A stretch of DNA of 64,000 bases from the human T2T-CHM13v2.0 reference genome, Homo sapiens. Both the position numbers and the translations under genes were made by a program. The DNA is taken from NCBI RefSeq assembly GCF_009914755.1, contig NC_060936.1; one strand, 5' to 3'. Shown here one piece after another: positions 41,965 to 59,882 of the stretch (position 1 is the first letter of the stretch; each line of letters starts with the position of its first letter). The notes under the pieces were generated by a model. The model ran no database searches. It was not told where the DNA came from and saw only the letters and a list, made by a program, of their open reading frames with translations.

Positions 41965-42027
41965 AGACCATTAAGGCTAGGAAGAAACTGCATCAACTAA
42001 CGAGCAAAATAACCAGCTAACATCATA

Positions 42028-45853
<3,826 letters not shown>

Positions 45854-46954
45854 ACAATGAGAACACATGGACACAGGAAGGGGAACATCACACACCGGGG
45901 ACTGTTGTGGGGTGGGGGTAGTGGGGAGGGATAGCATTAGGAGATGTACCTAATGCTAAATGACGAGTTAATGAGTGCAGCACACCAACATGTCACATGC
46001 ACACATATGTAACAAACCTGCATGTTGTGTACATATACCCTAAAACTTAAAGTATAATAATAATAAAAACAAACAAACAAACTTTTCTTATTATCAAATC
46101 TAATTAAACAGCCTCTTTTACACTTATATTGTCTTCCCCAATTCTTATATGTTTTCATATATATTTTTGTATGTGGTATGATGTATGAATTTAACTTTTC
46201 ATTTTTCAAATGGACAAATCTGAGATGCATGCATTTAAAAGTTCACTTTTACTGTAGTGAGTTCAAATGCTAGTTTTACCATATACTCAGTTGCCGTATT
46301 CTGAACTATCCTATTCCATTTAAGTGTTCATTTATTCATGTGTTAATATCAAAGAAACATTTTTAATTATAGAGGCTGTATGGTCTTTTTAAATATCTAG
46401 TAGAATTGCTTCCTTTACTCCTTTTCATTTTCAGAATTTCCTAGCTATTCCTGCAGATTTATTTTCCTGTATGGGTTTTAGTACCACCTTATGAAACTGA
46501 ATTAAAAAGATTTACTAATATATATGTATATTTAAGGCAATATCTGTTTTTTCTGGTTATTGCTTTAAAGACTTCCAAATAGAATAGTTTCTGCCAGTGT
46601 GGAGAAAAGGGTGACTGTGCCTATGAAAGCTCAGAACAAGGGATTCTAGTGATGGAGCCATTCTGTGTCTTGACTGTGGTGATGGACATGCAAATCTACA
46701 TATATGATAAAACTTATACATGTGACAAAATTATGTTATTTTATTTTTCAGAACATGTAACATTTATATATTATTTTCTCTTACTCTTACCACAGCTTTT
46801 GTTTTAGTTCTTACAATGAAGGCTATTAAATGTGTCCATTTTTTTGACTGTAATTTTTCTAATTGTCTATTTGTTGAATGAATTTTAGCTCCTAGTAGAT
46901 ATCTCAGTAAAAACTCATAGGTAAAATATTTCTTCAGCTCATGCATATTTTTTG

Positions 46955-47935
46955 CAGACTTCATTTTTAGAAGAATTTTATGTTCACATCCAAATATAGA
47001 GGAAAGTACAGAGATTTTCTATATATCCCCTGCCCCCACACATATATAGCTTCCCCTATTGTCAACATTTCCCACCAGAGTGGTAAATTTGTTACAATTG
47101 ATCAATCTATATTGACATATCATAATTACCCGAAGTCCATAGTTTACACACGGTTCACTATTGGTGCTGGACATTCAGTGAGTTTGAACAAATGTATAAT
47201 GACATGTATCTGTCATTATAGTTATCATACGGAGTCTTTTCACTGCCCTATAATACCTCCATGGTCCATCTATTCATCCCCCTCTTCCCAAAATGCCTGG
47301 AAAGCACTGATTTTTTTTTTAGTGTTTCTCCAGTTTTGCCTCTTCCGGGACATCATATAGTTAGAATCATACAGTATGTAGCCTTTTCAGATTGGCTAAT
47401 TTCATTAGCAATATATATTTAATGTTCCTTCACGTCTTTTCATGGCTCGATAGCTCATTTCCTTTTAGTTTTGAATAATAACCCATTGTACAGAGGTAAC
47501 ACAGTTTGTTTATCCATTCACCTACTGAAGGACATCTGGGTTGCTTCCCAGTTTTGGCATTTATGAATAAAGCTGCCATAAATAACCATGTGTAGGTTTT
47601 TGTGTGGACATAAGTTTTCAAGTTCGTTGAGTAAATACCAAAGAGCATGATTGCTGGATCATACCGTAAGAGTATGTTTAGTTTTGTAAGAAACCACTAA
47701 GCCATATTCAAAGTGGTTGGTACATTTTGCATTCTCAGCACTAATAAATGAGAACTCGTTGCTTCGCATCCTTGCCAGCATTGGGTATTACCAGTGTTTC
47801 AGATTTTGGCCACTTTAATTGATGTGTGTTAATGTCTCATTGTTATTTTAATTTGCATTTCCCTGTTGAAATATGATGTGGAGCATCTTTTCATATGCTT
47901 ATTTGCCCTCTGTAGGTTTTTGTTGAGGTGTCTGT
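46955..47935 (-). mobile_element. L1MC1/L1MD-type 3' end
   Basis: 'ggaaagtacagagattt...cccaccagagtggtaaatttgttacaattga...ccattcacctactgaaggacatct'. Confidence 0.8.
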
Positions 47936-48154
47936 AGCTTATATAGGTTAAAGATTGTTTAATTGTTAGCTTTATAACTTACATATGTGTTGTGCGTATT
48001 CTTTGGTCTATAGATTACATATTACATAATAGTTATTACATAATATTACATATATTACAAATGTACAAATATTTTATAATAAATAGTTAAGAATAAGGAT
48101 GTATTAAGAAATATTTATCTCATCTTAAATGACTGAAAATTCCTAAAAAAAAAT

Positions 48155-48692
48155 TGATAGTGGGAGGAAGCAGGCAAATGCCTAGGCAGATAGGGCCAGG
48201 TAGCCAGTGAAACCCCACCTCCAAGATGAAGACAGTTTAAAGCCTGAAAGCCAAGCTACAAGTTAAATCCTCAGACTGGATTGAGAACTTGTCTTCTTGT
48301 TTGGCATGCTTTCCTCTGATTGATTCTCACCCTTCACCTATTTTACATATACCTATCCATTCCTAATTGGTTTTCTACACTGTCATGCCCACCTTTGAGT
48401 GGTGTCTTTGCTTTAACTCTTTTTGCATCTTCACAAGTCAATCAGCATGTAGTCCCCATCCTGTGCCTGTAAAGACTCCAGATGCAGTCAGTAGAGGAAG
48501 AGATGATCTGACTTCAAGAAAGAGACAACCTGACTTCAGGGAAGATGGCCTGCCCTTCTTATCCCCTCTCCAGCTACCTTTTCTGCTGAGAGCTCACATG
48601 TTCCCTCCTGCAGGGGTTGAGTGCAGCTGGCCAAGTAGAGAGGGAGCCTCTGCCATGAGTCTGGTAAAAGGGCCAGGAAAAATCCTCCATCA
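48155..48692 (+). mobile_element. ERV1 solo LTR, MER50-like
   Basis: TG...CA termini, 4-bp TSD aaat, 'cctaggcagataggg...gaaaccccacctccaag...aagcctgaaagccaagctacaag'. Confidence 0.75.
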
Positions 48693-50054
48693 AAATTATT
48701 GACTTTTTTTTTCAAAAATTGTTGATGTTAAGAATTCTGGTCAAATGAAATCAAACCTCCAGGTGAATCTTCTGTTCAGAAAATAAAGCACATTACATTT
48801 TTATACTGTAGAGTTATCTGTGATTTTCATATCTGTTACAATTGTATAATAGGTGATTAGTAAATATTTGTTTAATCAATAAAGTAGTTAAGTCCTGATG
48901 TGCAGCACATTAGGTGAAAACCATGGGCTTAAATAGTGGTTAACCAACCTCTGACCTGCATAAAAAGGAGTTTTAATTAACAAAAGAGAAATGTGAATAC
49001 TTTTGCTAGAGGAACAGAAATTCATTTTATACAAGTCTATGAAAGTTTTAAAATGCCCTTGCAATAAGCAAAGTAAGGTCATTGAAATATCCAGGGAGAG
49101 GAACTCATCTGACAGAGAAAATTAGAATAATTCTAGCAAAGAATCTCTTCTAGTGACTTATTAAGCATTTTTCTCTTGATTTAAAAGATCAGCCAAATGC
49201 TAAGTGCCTAATGGAACTTGGCCCAGCTTCCTAAACTTGCAAATGATTGACAGTCACCAGCAAAATAACAATATAGATACAACAGCATTAAAATGAAGGC
49301 TGAAAAATCGTATCTTCACTCAAAGAATTGAGATAAATGGCAAACATTTTCAGAGATATTATTCACATAATTATCTCTGAAGTTAAATGAAAAATTGTTT
49401 TATTAACTTATCAGGAAGGTAAAGTAATGGTATAAATAAGCAAAATATGCAAGATCTTGGGTAACCCACCAGCAGATCAACAGTGGAAACAAACAACAAA
49501 CTGCATATGTGAACCATAAGAAGATATTCTTGTAGTGCTGGTCTTCGCAGATATGGGTACTTAGGAAAAAGTTACAAAAACTGTAATTAAGATGAACAAC
49601 TTTTATGGTTTCATCCCACCATTTTGGGAATGAAAGAACATAAGTTATGGAACGAGAGCTTTTACTAAGTCTAGGCTGGGTGTGATGGCCATGTCTGCTA
49701 ACAACTCCTCTACTTGCTACAGTGAGTATCTTTGAGAAAATCGAATTACTTATTTAACTGCAATTTATAGTTATCTGTAGAATAGCAGTGCAATTCTGTT
49801 CTTACTTCTGAGAGTTGCAATGATCAAATGGAACATATACACACACACACCACACATACATAATCTAGACAGTTGTAAAGATCAGATTGAATATATCATG
49901 TAATTCATATTATAAATATTATACAAGTAAACTATTATATAATTTTACATATATAGTTTATCCCTACTAGTCTATAATATAATATTATAGAGAATATAGT
50001 ATTATCAATAATATAATAATCATGTGGAAGGGCCATATATGACATATTAAATAA

Positions 50055-50181
50055 AATATCAAGAATGATTATTCATTAAATTTTCTGAAAAGCTGTTATT
50101 GAGTCATGTTTGCCTATAGAATACCAAGAATTATTACTCATTAAAATTTCTGATAAGCTGTTATTGAGTCATGTTTGGCTA
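50055..50181. repeat. 65-bp tandem duplication, each unit with a TGAGTCA motif
   Basis: aata.caagaat.atta.tcattaaa.tttctga.aagctgttattgagtcatgtttg.cta occurs twice. Confidence 0.9.
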
Positions 50182-51139
50182 GTATCATAATTTGCCTTAG
50201 GAGAACACAAAATATTCTGGGCAAATAATATAGTGTAGTTTAGAAATACTCAAGTTCGATAGGCACATCTTCAGACAGAGACTTTATTTAGACATTTAAT
50301 GTTAAGCTCAAGCATTGTGTTCCTTTGACTCCCTTTGCTTCTTTTTTCTTGATAACTTCTGGAAAGTAGAATTATGAAAAGAATTCAACTATTCTTATCA
50401 AGTAAAGCTGGTTATTATTTATTACTTTAATTTGTATACCAATGCTTTTATAAAATACATAGAACAAGTCCATATATTAGTCTTTATAGTCCACATAATA
50501 CAGAGAATTTTTCTGTTCAGAAACATTATCTAGACAGTGTAGTAGAACTGATTAGCTACCTATATGATTTTGACAACTTGAGGCCCATCAGTCAAACCTT
50601 TGAGTTCTGTTTATCTCAAACCTAGTGAAGATTTTGTTAAGGAGGGCAATACTGGCCCATGTTTCCATCTTGGCCCATAAAAATAGAAGCACTATGTGAG
50701 GTGTACATACTCTTTCACTTTTTGTTTATTTGTGGTAAGAAGATGAAAGTGAGATTCATCCATTAAAGGCAAACAAGTCACTCTCAACCATGTGGCTGAC
50801 TAGGTAAGTCGATTCAGGGCAAAGTTTGTAGACTTGACCACACTACATTTATGGATAAAACTGAAAGTCTCATTTAGGCTTTAAAACTAAGTTTTATACC
50901 TTAGAACAGTCTTTACCTGAGCTCTTCATTGGGATTATAGAATGCTTTACTAGCTACTATGTACTTAGTAAATTGTTTTCCTTTTTCTATTGGGGTATAT
51001 GCATGTGTTTGTGTGATATTGTGTGTATGTATGTGTTTCTTAGCTGGGAAGCTCAAAGAGAAAAACGGGTGTTTGACAGGACATAGATTTCAAAGCCTAA
51101 AACCTGAACTATCAAATTTAAATTTTTAATATAAAATGA

Positions 51140-51595
<456 letters not shown>

Positions 51596-52439
51596 AAAAT
51601 TATATTTATTTTATAGAAGCCAAGTTTATATATTCAAGGACTTTGTTTTGACTGTTATATATCTTGAAAATTGAGTAAAACATAACCATTTGAGAGAGTC
51701 ATCATATCAATGTAATACTGAGGTAATACTCTGTATCTGGTCTTGACTCTGGTGCCCAGTTTAGTCACCTATTCACATTCCTCTTTCTAAAAAAAAAAAA
51801 AAAAGTCCATTTTATTCAATTAAAGATATTTGATAAGGTTTTAGGGTTAAATAGGTTAAGTTTAAATTATTTCTCTGCCACACATGTCTGGGTTAACACT
51901 TAATCTAATAACTTTGGTCTCAATTTTCTTTCTATAAAAAGGAGAGTCTTCACACAACACAATCCCCTTGAAATTTTAATGTTAAATATTCTGTAGAATA
52001 GAAGCATTTTGTAATATGGTTATTAGAAAATAAATTTATGTGAACATATTTGTTGACAAAATCAAACCTCAACTGATGGGAGACTATTTATAAGCTTTAC
52101 CTGTGCCACTTGGTGTTAATATGCAGACATTTCACTGCAGAATTAGTAATGTATTTTGTTAGGTGGTTGTGCGTCACATCCTGCTCATAGGTATACATAG
52201 TGTTACATAATATATGGCACAGGCTCTTGCATTACTTTTCTAAGATCCCTCTAACTCTTAATTCCAAGACACATCTGGCCCCAAATTTTAGATATTATGT
52301 ATCTACAGTGCATTCCGTATCACTGTTAATATAAGAATTATACATTAACAGAGTTAAGTGTTTAGCAAACTGTCAGGATACTCTAAAATAGGCTATCATT
52401 GAGGCTGTAGGGAGAAAGGGTTCAAAACTCCAGGTTCCT

Positions 52440-53115
52440 GATTGCTGGCAGAGCACACCAGAAACCCTGGCTGCTTACCTTCCATCTACATGTTCTACTC
52501 ACATCTACTCCAATTTTTTTTTAATTATCCACACTGCAGGTAAAATTATCCTTTGAAAGACAAGTTTAATATTCCCTCTCCTGTTTAAAATCCTTCAAAG
52601 GCTTCCTATTGATATTATAGCAAACATTAAAACCCTTATTATGAGTTATAAAGACTATGCAAGGCCATTCTCTCCAGTACTGGGTGCAATCCTTCTTCTC
52701 CCTGCTCATGAAATACTAGCCCTTCAGCCTCTCAGAAATACCTTGATCCCTTCAATCACAAACTCTGGCACAAGGCTGTTCCCTGGGGTTTGAAAGGCTG
52801 TTACCATTCTCCTCAGCTGAGTTAATCTCTACTCATTCTTCAAAGTTAACACAAATATCACTATCTGAGGCAAGCCATCTAAGTCTCTTCTATCGTTAAA
52901 CTCAGCCAAAGCCCCCATCAAAACTCTCATAACATGATAGTTCTATTCTTTATAGCTCTTCTCAAAGTTGCAATTTTACATTTGTTTAAAGAGTTGATTA
53001 ATTTCTATGTCATCTAGTAGACTGTGATGTCCTTGAAGTTAGATAGTGTCTTTTCTTATTGTCATTTTTTAACATGTCCCTTTATTCTCTTTTATATATG
53101 TATTGAATAAATGAG
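52440..53115 (+). mobile_element. L2 3' fragment
   Basis: 'ctcctgtttaaaatccttcaaaggcttcctattg', 'tagactgtgatgtccttgaag', 'tattgaataaatga'. Confidence 0.6.
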
Positions 53116-53144
53116 ATTCATTGTTTCAAAAAATATATTTAGCT

Positions 53145-54407
53145 CTATTTTTTTCTTATTGATTTTTATTTATACTTGACACATAATTGCACATATTTAT
53201 GGGGTACAGTGTGATGTTTCAATGCATGTATACATTGTAAAATGATCAAATCAGGGTAATTACCATACCTATCACTTTAAACATTTATCATTTTTTGTGG
53301 TGATAACATTCAAAATGTCTTCTAGCTATCTTGAAATATGCATATTGCTATAATCATCCTACTGTGTAATAGAACATCAGAACTTTTTCTTTTTGTCTAA
53401 ATGTAACTTTGTACCCATTAACCAGCCTCTCCCAGTACTCCCTTCCTCCCTACTCTATTCAGCTTCTGATAACCACTATTCTACTCTCTACTTCTATGAA
53501 ATAACTTTTTTAGATTCCACATATGAGTGAGATCATTTAGGGTCAGTTTGTGCCTGGCTTATTTCACTTAACATAATGTTTTCCAGGTTCATCCATGTTA
53601 CCACAATGACAGGTTTTCATTCTGTTTTATAGCCATATAGTATTTCATTGTATATTTATTCCACATTCTCTTTATCCATTTATCTGTAGATAGGTACTTA
53701 GGTTTATTACTTATCTTGGCTATTATGAACAGTACTGCAATAAACATGGGAGTGCAGATATCTCTTTGAAGTACTGATCTCATGTCCTTTGGATATATAC
53801 CCAGTAATGGGTTTGCTGGATCAATACCATATTGAGCAATATGGTAGTCCTACTTTCAATTTTTTGTAAGCTCCATACTATTTTCCATAACAGCTCTACT
53901 AATTTACATTCTTACCAAAGTGCATTAAGCATTCTCTTTTCTCCACATTCTAGCCAGCATTTATTTTGTATCCTTTACAGCCATTTTGCCTGCGGTGAGG
54001 TAATATCTCAGTGTGGCATTGGTTTGCATTTCCCTGATGATTAGAGATATGGGACATTTTTTGACATACCTGTTCGCCATTGGTAGGTCTTCTTTTAAGA
54101 AATGTCTATTTAGGTTTTTGCTTATTTTTTAATTGTGTTATTTGGTTTTTACTATCGAGTTGTTTGACTTCCTTACATATTATGAATGTTAACCCCTTCT
54201 CAGATGCATAGATTGCAAATATTAACACTTTCACCCATTTTTTAAAGTTCTCTCTTCACTCTATTGATTGTTTCCTTTGCTATGCTGAAGGTTTTTAGTT
54301 TGATAATCCCATTTGACTATTTCTGCTTTGGTTGCTTGTGCTTTTGAAGTCTTCTTAAAAAAAAAAATCTTGCCCAGTCCAATTTCATGAAGCGTTTCCC
54401 CAGTGTT
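53145..54407 (-). mobile_element. L1MA3/4-type 3' end
   Basis: 'catatttatggggtacagtgtgatgtttcaatgcatgtatacattgtaaaatgatcaaatcagggtaatta' followed by antisense ORF2 C-terminus. Confidence 0.85.
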
Positions 54408-54410
54408 TAA

Positions 54411-54713
<303 letters not shown>

Positions 54714-55908
54714 TAGTATTTTGTTTTTATCCTACTTATTACCTTGTATTTTGTACATAATAGGCTTCATTCTCTCCTCTATGGAGGAAGAGTGACTTTT
54801 ATAACCTCCATGGCTGGCACTGACTTTTTATAACCTTCAGTGCTTGTGTTACCTTGAAGCTGTGGATCCCCTAACTGATCTCTTACTAGAATCAGAGGAA
54901 AGGAAAATATTGTGTTGCTTACCAGGTACAATTTCTCTCAGAATCCCAAATCAAACAGATATTATTTGCTCAGTTACATTTCTCAAGAATCTCTCTAATC
55001 GTTTTTTTGAGAAATGTACAACATATTCCAAAGCATGTGAGGATAACTCAGGCACTTTAATATGAAGTTTGACTTTGCTTTCAGTTCATATATTTAATTT
55101 CTGTAACTTAAAAGCAATATTCACACAAGTATAATGTTTAGGCCAGAGAAATTTCAATGGTTTATACAATCCCCAAATTCTTTCAGACTTGTTCTAAAGA
55201 GGCACAGGGACTTGGAGTTTCTCAAAAACTACACAAAAAATGAGTCAAGAAACATTTTGGGGAATGTACTGTGTAGTCAGCACTGTGCTCATAAGGCTAG
55301 GATGATTTACAAGCTGCAAAATAAATTTCATATGCACCTCTGATTTCTTATAACCTGATTGAAGATATAATAGCACAAAAATAGTTATTAAATGGTAAGT
55401 GCAAATATTATCTTGGGTGTAAAGAATGAGTGAATACAATGGAAATAATTGTGTTTTATAAGTGCAAGTGAGAGATATCAAATTAGTTAGACATGATCAG
55501 CAAACCCATTTCCTTGTTGGCTCTTTAGTTGATGTGGTGTACCCCTGTAGTGGAGAAAACTCTTTAGCATTGCATGAGCATGTCAGGCCATGCCAAACTG
55601 CCAGTGGACCTAATCCTGCAGCCTTAGCTATTGAGCTACTGAGAAGATGACCCAGAAGTATTTTAGAAAACCTTTGCCCTCTAAAGTGAAGCACCTGAGC
55701 CTGACTCCCTCTGTAAGCATTTTGCTGTAGATGTCCAACTTAATGCTTATGTGACTAACTTACTGGTTGTTTTCCTTGGTTCTTGGCTTAAATGTTAGTA
55801 ACCTGATGTCATTAAGAGCCTTGAATTCTAGATTAAGTTCTCCTTCCACCCCTGCTCCACTCTCTCCTGGCTTAGAATAGCTCACTCTAAACTAAAGGAA
55901 CTCCTGCT

Positions 55909-58688
55909 TATTGGGGATGATCTCCATTGGTCCTTCACATTTCTGCAGGAGTAGTGGCTTGGTAGCAAGAGGTTTAATTGACTCACAGGTTCATATGGCT
56001 GGGGAGGCCTCATAATTATGGCTGAAGGTGAAAGAAGAGCAAAATCACATCTTACATGGCAGCAGGCAAGAGAGTTTTGTAGGAGAACTCACCTACATAA
56101 AACCATAATATCTCATGATACTTATTCACTATTACAAAAACAGCATGGGAAAGACCCACCCCCATGATTCAATTACCTCCCACTGGGTCCCTCCCACAAC
56201 ATGTGGGAATTATGGGAGCTACAATTCAAGATGAGATTTGGGTGGAACACAGCCAAATTATATCATTTTGCCTCTGGCCCCTCCCAAATCTTATGTCCTC
56301 ACATTTCAACACTAATCATGCCTTCCCAACAGCCCCCCAAAGTCTTAACTCATTTCAGCATTAACTCAAAAGTCCACAGTCCAAAGTTTCATCTGAGATA
56401 AGCCAAGACCCTTCCACCTATGAGCCTATAAAATCAAAAGCAAGCTAGTTACTTCCTAGATGCAATGGGGGTATAGGCATTGGGTAAATACACCCATTTC
56501 AAATGGGAGAAATTGGCCAAAACAAAGGGGCTACAGGCCCTATTCAAGTCCAAAATCCAACAGTGCAGTCAAATCTTAAAGCTCTGAAATGGTCTCCTTT
56601 GACTCCATGTCTCACATCCAAGTCATGCTGATGCAAGAGGGGGGCAGTCACAGCGTTGGGCAGCACTGCCCCTGTAGCTTTGCAGGGTTGAGCCCCCGTT
56701 CTGGCTGCTTTCACAGGCTGGCACTGAGTGTCTGTGGCTTTTCCAGGTGCACAGTGCAAGCTGTCAGTGTATCTACCATTCTTGGGTCTGGAGGACGGTG
56801 GCCCTCTTCTCATAGCTCCACTAGGCAGTGCCCCAGTGGGGACTCTCTTTGGGGGCTTTTACCCCACATTTCCCTTCTCCATTGCCCTAGTAGAGATTCT
56901 CCATGAGGACTCCACCCCTGTAGCAGACTTCTGCCTAGACATCCAGGCATTTCCATACATCCTCTGAAATCTATGAAATCTAGGTGGAGGTTCCCAAACC
57001 TCAATTCTTGACTTCTGTTCACCTGCAGGCTCAACACCACGTGGAACCTGCTAAGTCTTGGGGCTTGCACTCTCTGAAGCCATGGCCCAAAGTGTACCTT
57101 GGCCCCTTTTACCCATGGCTGGAGGGGCTGGGATGCAGGGCACTGAGTCCCAAACCTGCACACAGCAGGGGGGCCCTGAGCCAAGCCCAGGAAGCCATTT
57201 TTTTTCCTCCTAGGCCTACAGGCTCATGATGGGAGGGGCTGCCCTGAAGACCTCTGACATGATGAAGAGACATTCTCCCCGTTGTCTTGATGATTAACAT
57301 TTGGCTCCCCATTACTTTTGCAAATTTCTGAAGTCAGCTGGAATTTCTCCCCAGAAAATGGGGAGAAATTTTCTACTACATCATCAGGCTACAAACTTTT
57401 TAAACTTTTATGCTTTGCTTCCTCTTGAACACTTAGAACACTTAGAAATTTCTTCCACCAGATGACCTAAATTATCTCTCTCAAGTTCAAAGTTCCACAA
57501 AACTCTAGGGCAGGGGAAAAATGCTGCCAGTCTCTTTGCTAAAACATAAGAAGAGTCACCTTTGTTCCAGTTCCCAAGAAGTTCCTCATCTCCGTCTGAG
57601 ACCACCTTAACCTGGACTTCATTGTTCATATCACTATCAGTGTTTTGGTCAAAGCCAGTCCACAAGTCTCTAGGAAGTTCCAAACTTTCCCACATCTTCC
57701 TGTCTTCTGAACTTTCCAAGTATCTAGGAAGTTCCAAACTTTCCCATATTTTCCTATCTTTTTCTGATTCCTCCAAATTGTCCAACCTTCATCTCTTACC
57801 TGGTTCTAAAGTTGCTTCCACATTTTTGGGTATCTTTACAGCAGAACCCCAATCTACTGGTATCAATTTACTATAGTAATCTGTTCTCATGCTGCTAATA
57901 AAAAAATACCTGAGACTGGGTAGCTTATAAAGGAAAGAGATTTAATTGACTCACAGATCCACATGGCTTGGAGGCCTCACAAAAATGGCTGAAGGTGAAT
58001 GAGGAGCAAAGTCATGTCTTACATATCAGCATAAAAGAGAGTTCTTGTAGGGGATCTCCCCTTCATAAAACCATCAGATGTCATGAGAATTATTCGCTAT
58101 CATGAGAACAGCACAGAAAAGACACACCCCAGTGATTCAATTACTTCCCCCGGGTCCGTCCCACAGCAGGTGGGAATTATGGGAACTAGAATTCAAGATG
58201 AGATTGGGGTGGGGACAAAGCCAAACCATATCAGGTAGCCTTTGTTCTGGACTATTTTTTATTTTGTATACTTGTGTAGCTAACAAACTTGGAAGACAGA
58301 GATAGTGTCTCCTTCAGGAGCAGTTGGGAGGTTTGTTTATTGTTCAGTATAATAAATACAATGTCTCCCTCTGAGACAAAGGTAGGGCAAGTTTACTGGC
58401 AGCCCATTTTAACAGATCCAGGTTCTCTAAGCTTGGGATTCCCCAGCTGTGAACTCACAGTGTGTATCATGTCTGCCTGGGCTGCTCTGTATCACCCCTA
58501 TGGGACTTGGGAACAAGGAGAATGGATGCAAACATGAATATCAAGCTTCCTGTAGCACTGTGAGTAATAAAGGCCTATGTCTCTGACCTAGAAGTCTTGT
58601 ATTTTTCTGCTAGGACCTATGAAACTGACAGGCTAACATGTCGCCTTGCAAACAGGCTAAAAACATAGATTGTTCACAGTATCTGACA
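55909..58688 (+). mobile_element. LTR40-like ERVL solo LTR (55909-55965 and 58234-58688), split by a THE1
   Basis: 'tctccattggtccttcacatttctgca' / 'gcctttgttctggactat...cttggaagacagagatagtgtctcc...gtgagtaataaag...tctctgacc...ctgaca'. Confidence 0.65.
55966..58233 (-). mobile_element. THE1C/D-type MaLR element (5' LTR 57872-58233; 3' LTR 55966-56265, terminally truncated)
   Basis: Antisense LTRs ending 'ccaaaccatatca'; THE1 internal region; ggtag present on both flanks. Confidence 0.92.
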
Positions 58689-59202
58689 CCATTCTACTCT
58701 GCAGTTCTCCTAGGAGTTAACTATCTCTGCTTCCTAAAGGCCTTTTCTTTTACTCCCTGCCTATGTCTTATAATTTACAGTCTTATAGGTCAAAGTATCT
58801 TGTATCACACCACTATGCCTATGCCCCAAGAAATCTGTGATTTGACCAAAGCCCATCCTTGAGGCAGTTCATCTTTCTGGTCCATTTAAGTTACCTTGTT
58901 TCTACCTTTCATTTTCAGATACAATCATATTGATCACTTTCTCTCTGCTGGTTGGCAATTTAAATTAAAATGATGTTACATTATGCACAGCCCCACCTAG
59001 CTTACATAATGGCCAACGCAGTGTGTTTTAGTGCTAAAATGTCCTCAAACACATGTGAAATGTGAACTCTATTCTAGACTGGAAGAAAGAAAAATCGCTA
59101 TTTTTCTAGTTAGTTGCATTTCTTATTATAAGGCTGGCACAGTAAATGCTAAAATTCTAATAAATAAATGAAAAAGATGAATAAAGTTTTAATCATTAAC
59201 AA

Positions 59203-59748
59203 CTTTTTTATTTTGTTAAAAGCATAACATGAAATCTATCTTATATCTTTAAGTATACATTATAGTATTAATTATATGTGCTTTTATGTACAGCAGATCT
59301 CTAGGGATTTTTCATTTTGTATGACTGAAACTCTACACCCACTGAACAACAACTCTCTGTTTCTCCCTCCCCCCCAAGCTCCTTGCAGTCATCATTTTAC
59401 TTTCTGCTTCTATGAATTTGACCACTTTAGATACCTCATAAATGAGGAATCATGCAGCATTTTTCCTTCTGTGATAGGTTTATTGCATTACGTTCTCAAA
59501 GTTCAACCATATTGTACCATATGACAGGATTTCCTTCTTGAAAAACTGAATAGTATTTCGTCATGTGTATATATCACATTTTCTTTATCCAGTCATCTGT
59601 TGATGAACATTTATGTTGCTTTGATCTCTTGGCTATTGTGAATAATGCTGCGATAAACATGGGTGTACAAATATCCCTTTGAGATACTGTTTTCAATTAT
59701 TTTGGATATACACCCAGAAGTGAGATGGCTCAATCATATGGTAATTCT
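59203..59748 (-). mobile_element. L1MA9/L1MB-type 3' end
   Basis: 'gtacagcagatctctag...actgaaactctacacccactgaacaacaactc...ggatatacacccagaagtgagatggct'. Confidence 0.8.
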
Positions 59749-59799
59749 AATGAGTTAATTTTAAGTGAACAATAAACATTTTTTCAATTTAACTAATTA

Positions 59800-59882
59800 A
59801 ATTCACGGGAGTTTGCAGGATCAAGAACTTGATAAGAAGTTCTTGAACCTCAAGTTCTTGATCCTGCAAACTCCGATGAATT
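59800..59882. repeat. Perfect 25-bp inverted repeat with 17-nt spacer
   Basis: ggagtttgcaggatcaagaacttga (59808-59832) / tcaagttcttgatcctgcaaactcc (59850-59874). Confidence 0.95.

Noticed and set aside
57664-57775. ~54-bp tandem duplication in THE1-int
   Set aside because: I recall a similar duplication as a feature of some THE1 internal consensus sequences, so it is probably not locus-specific
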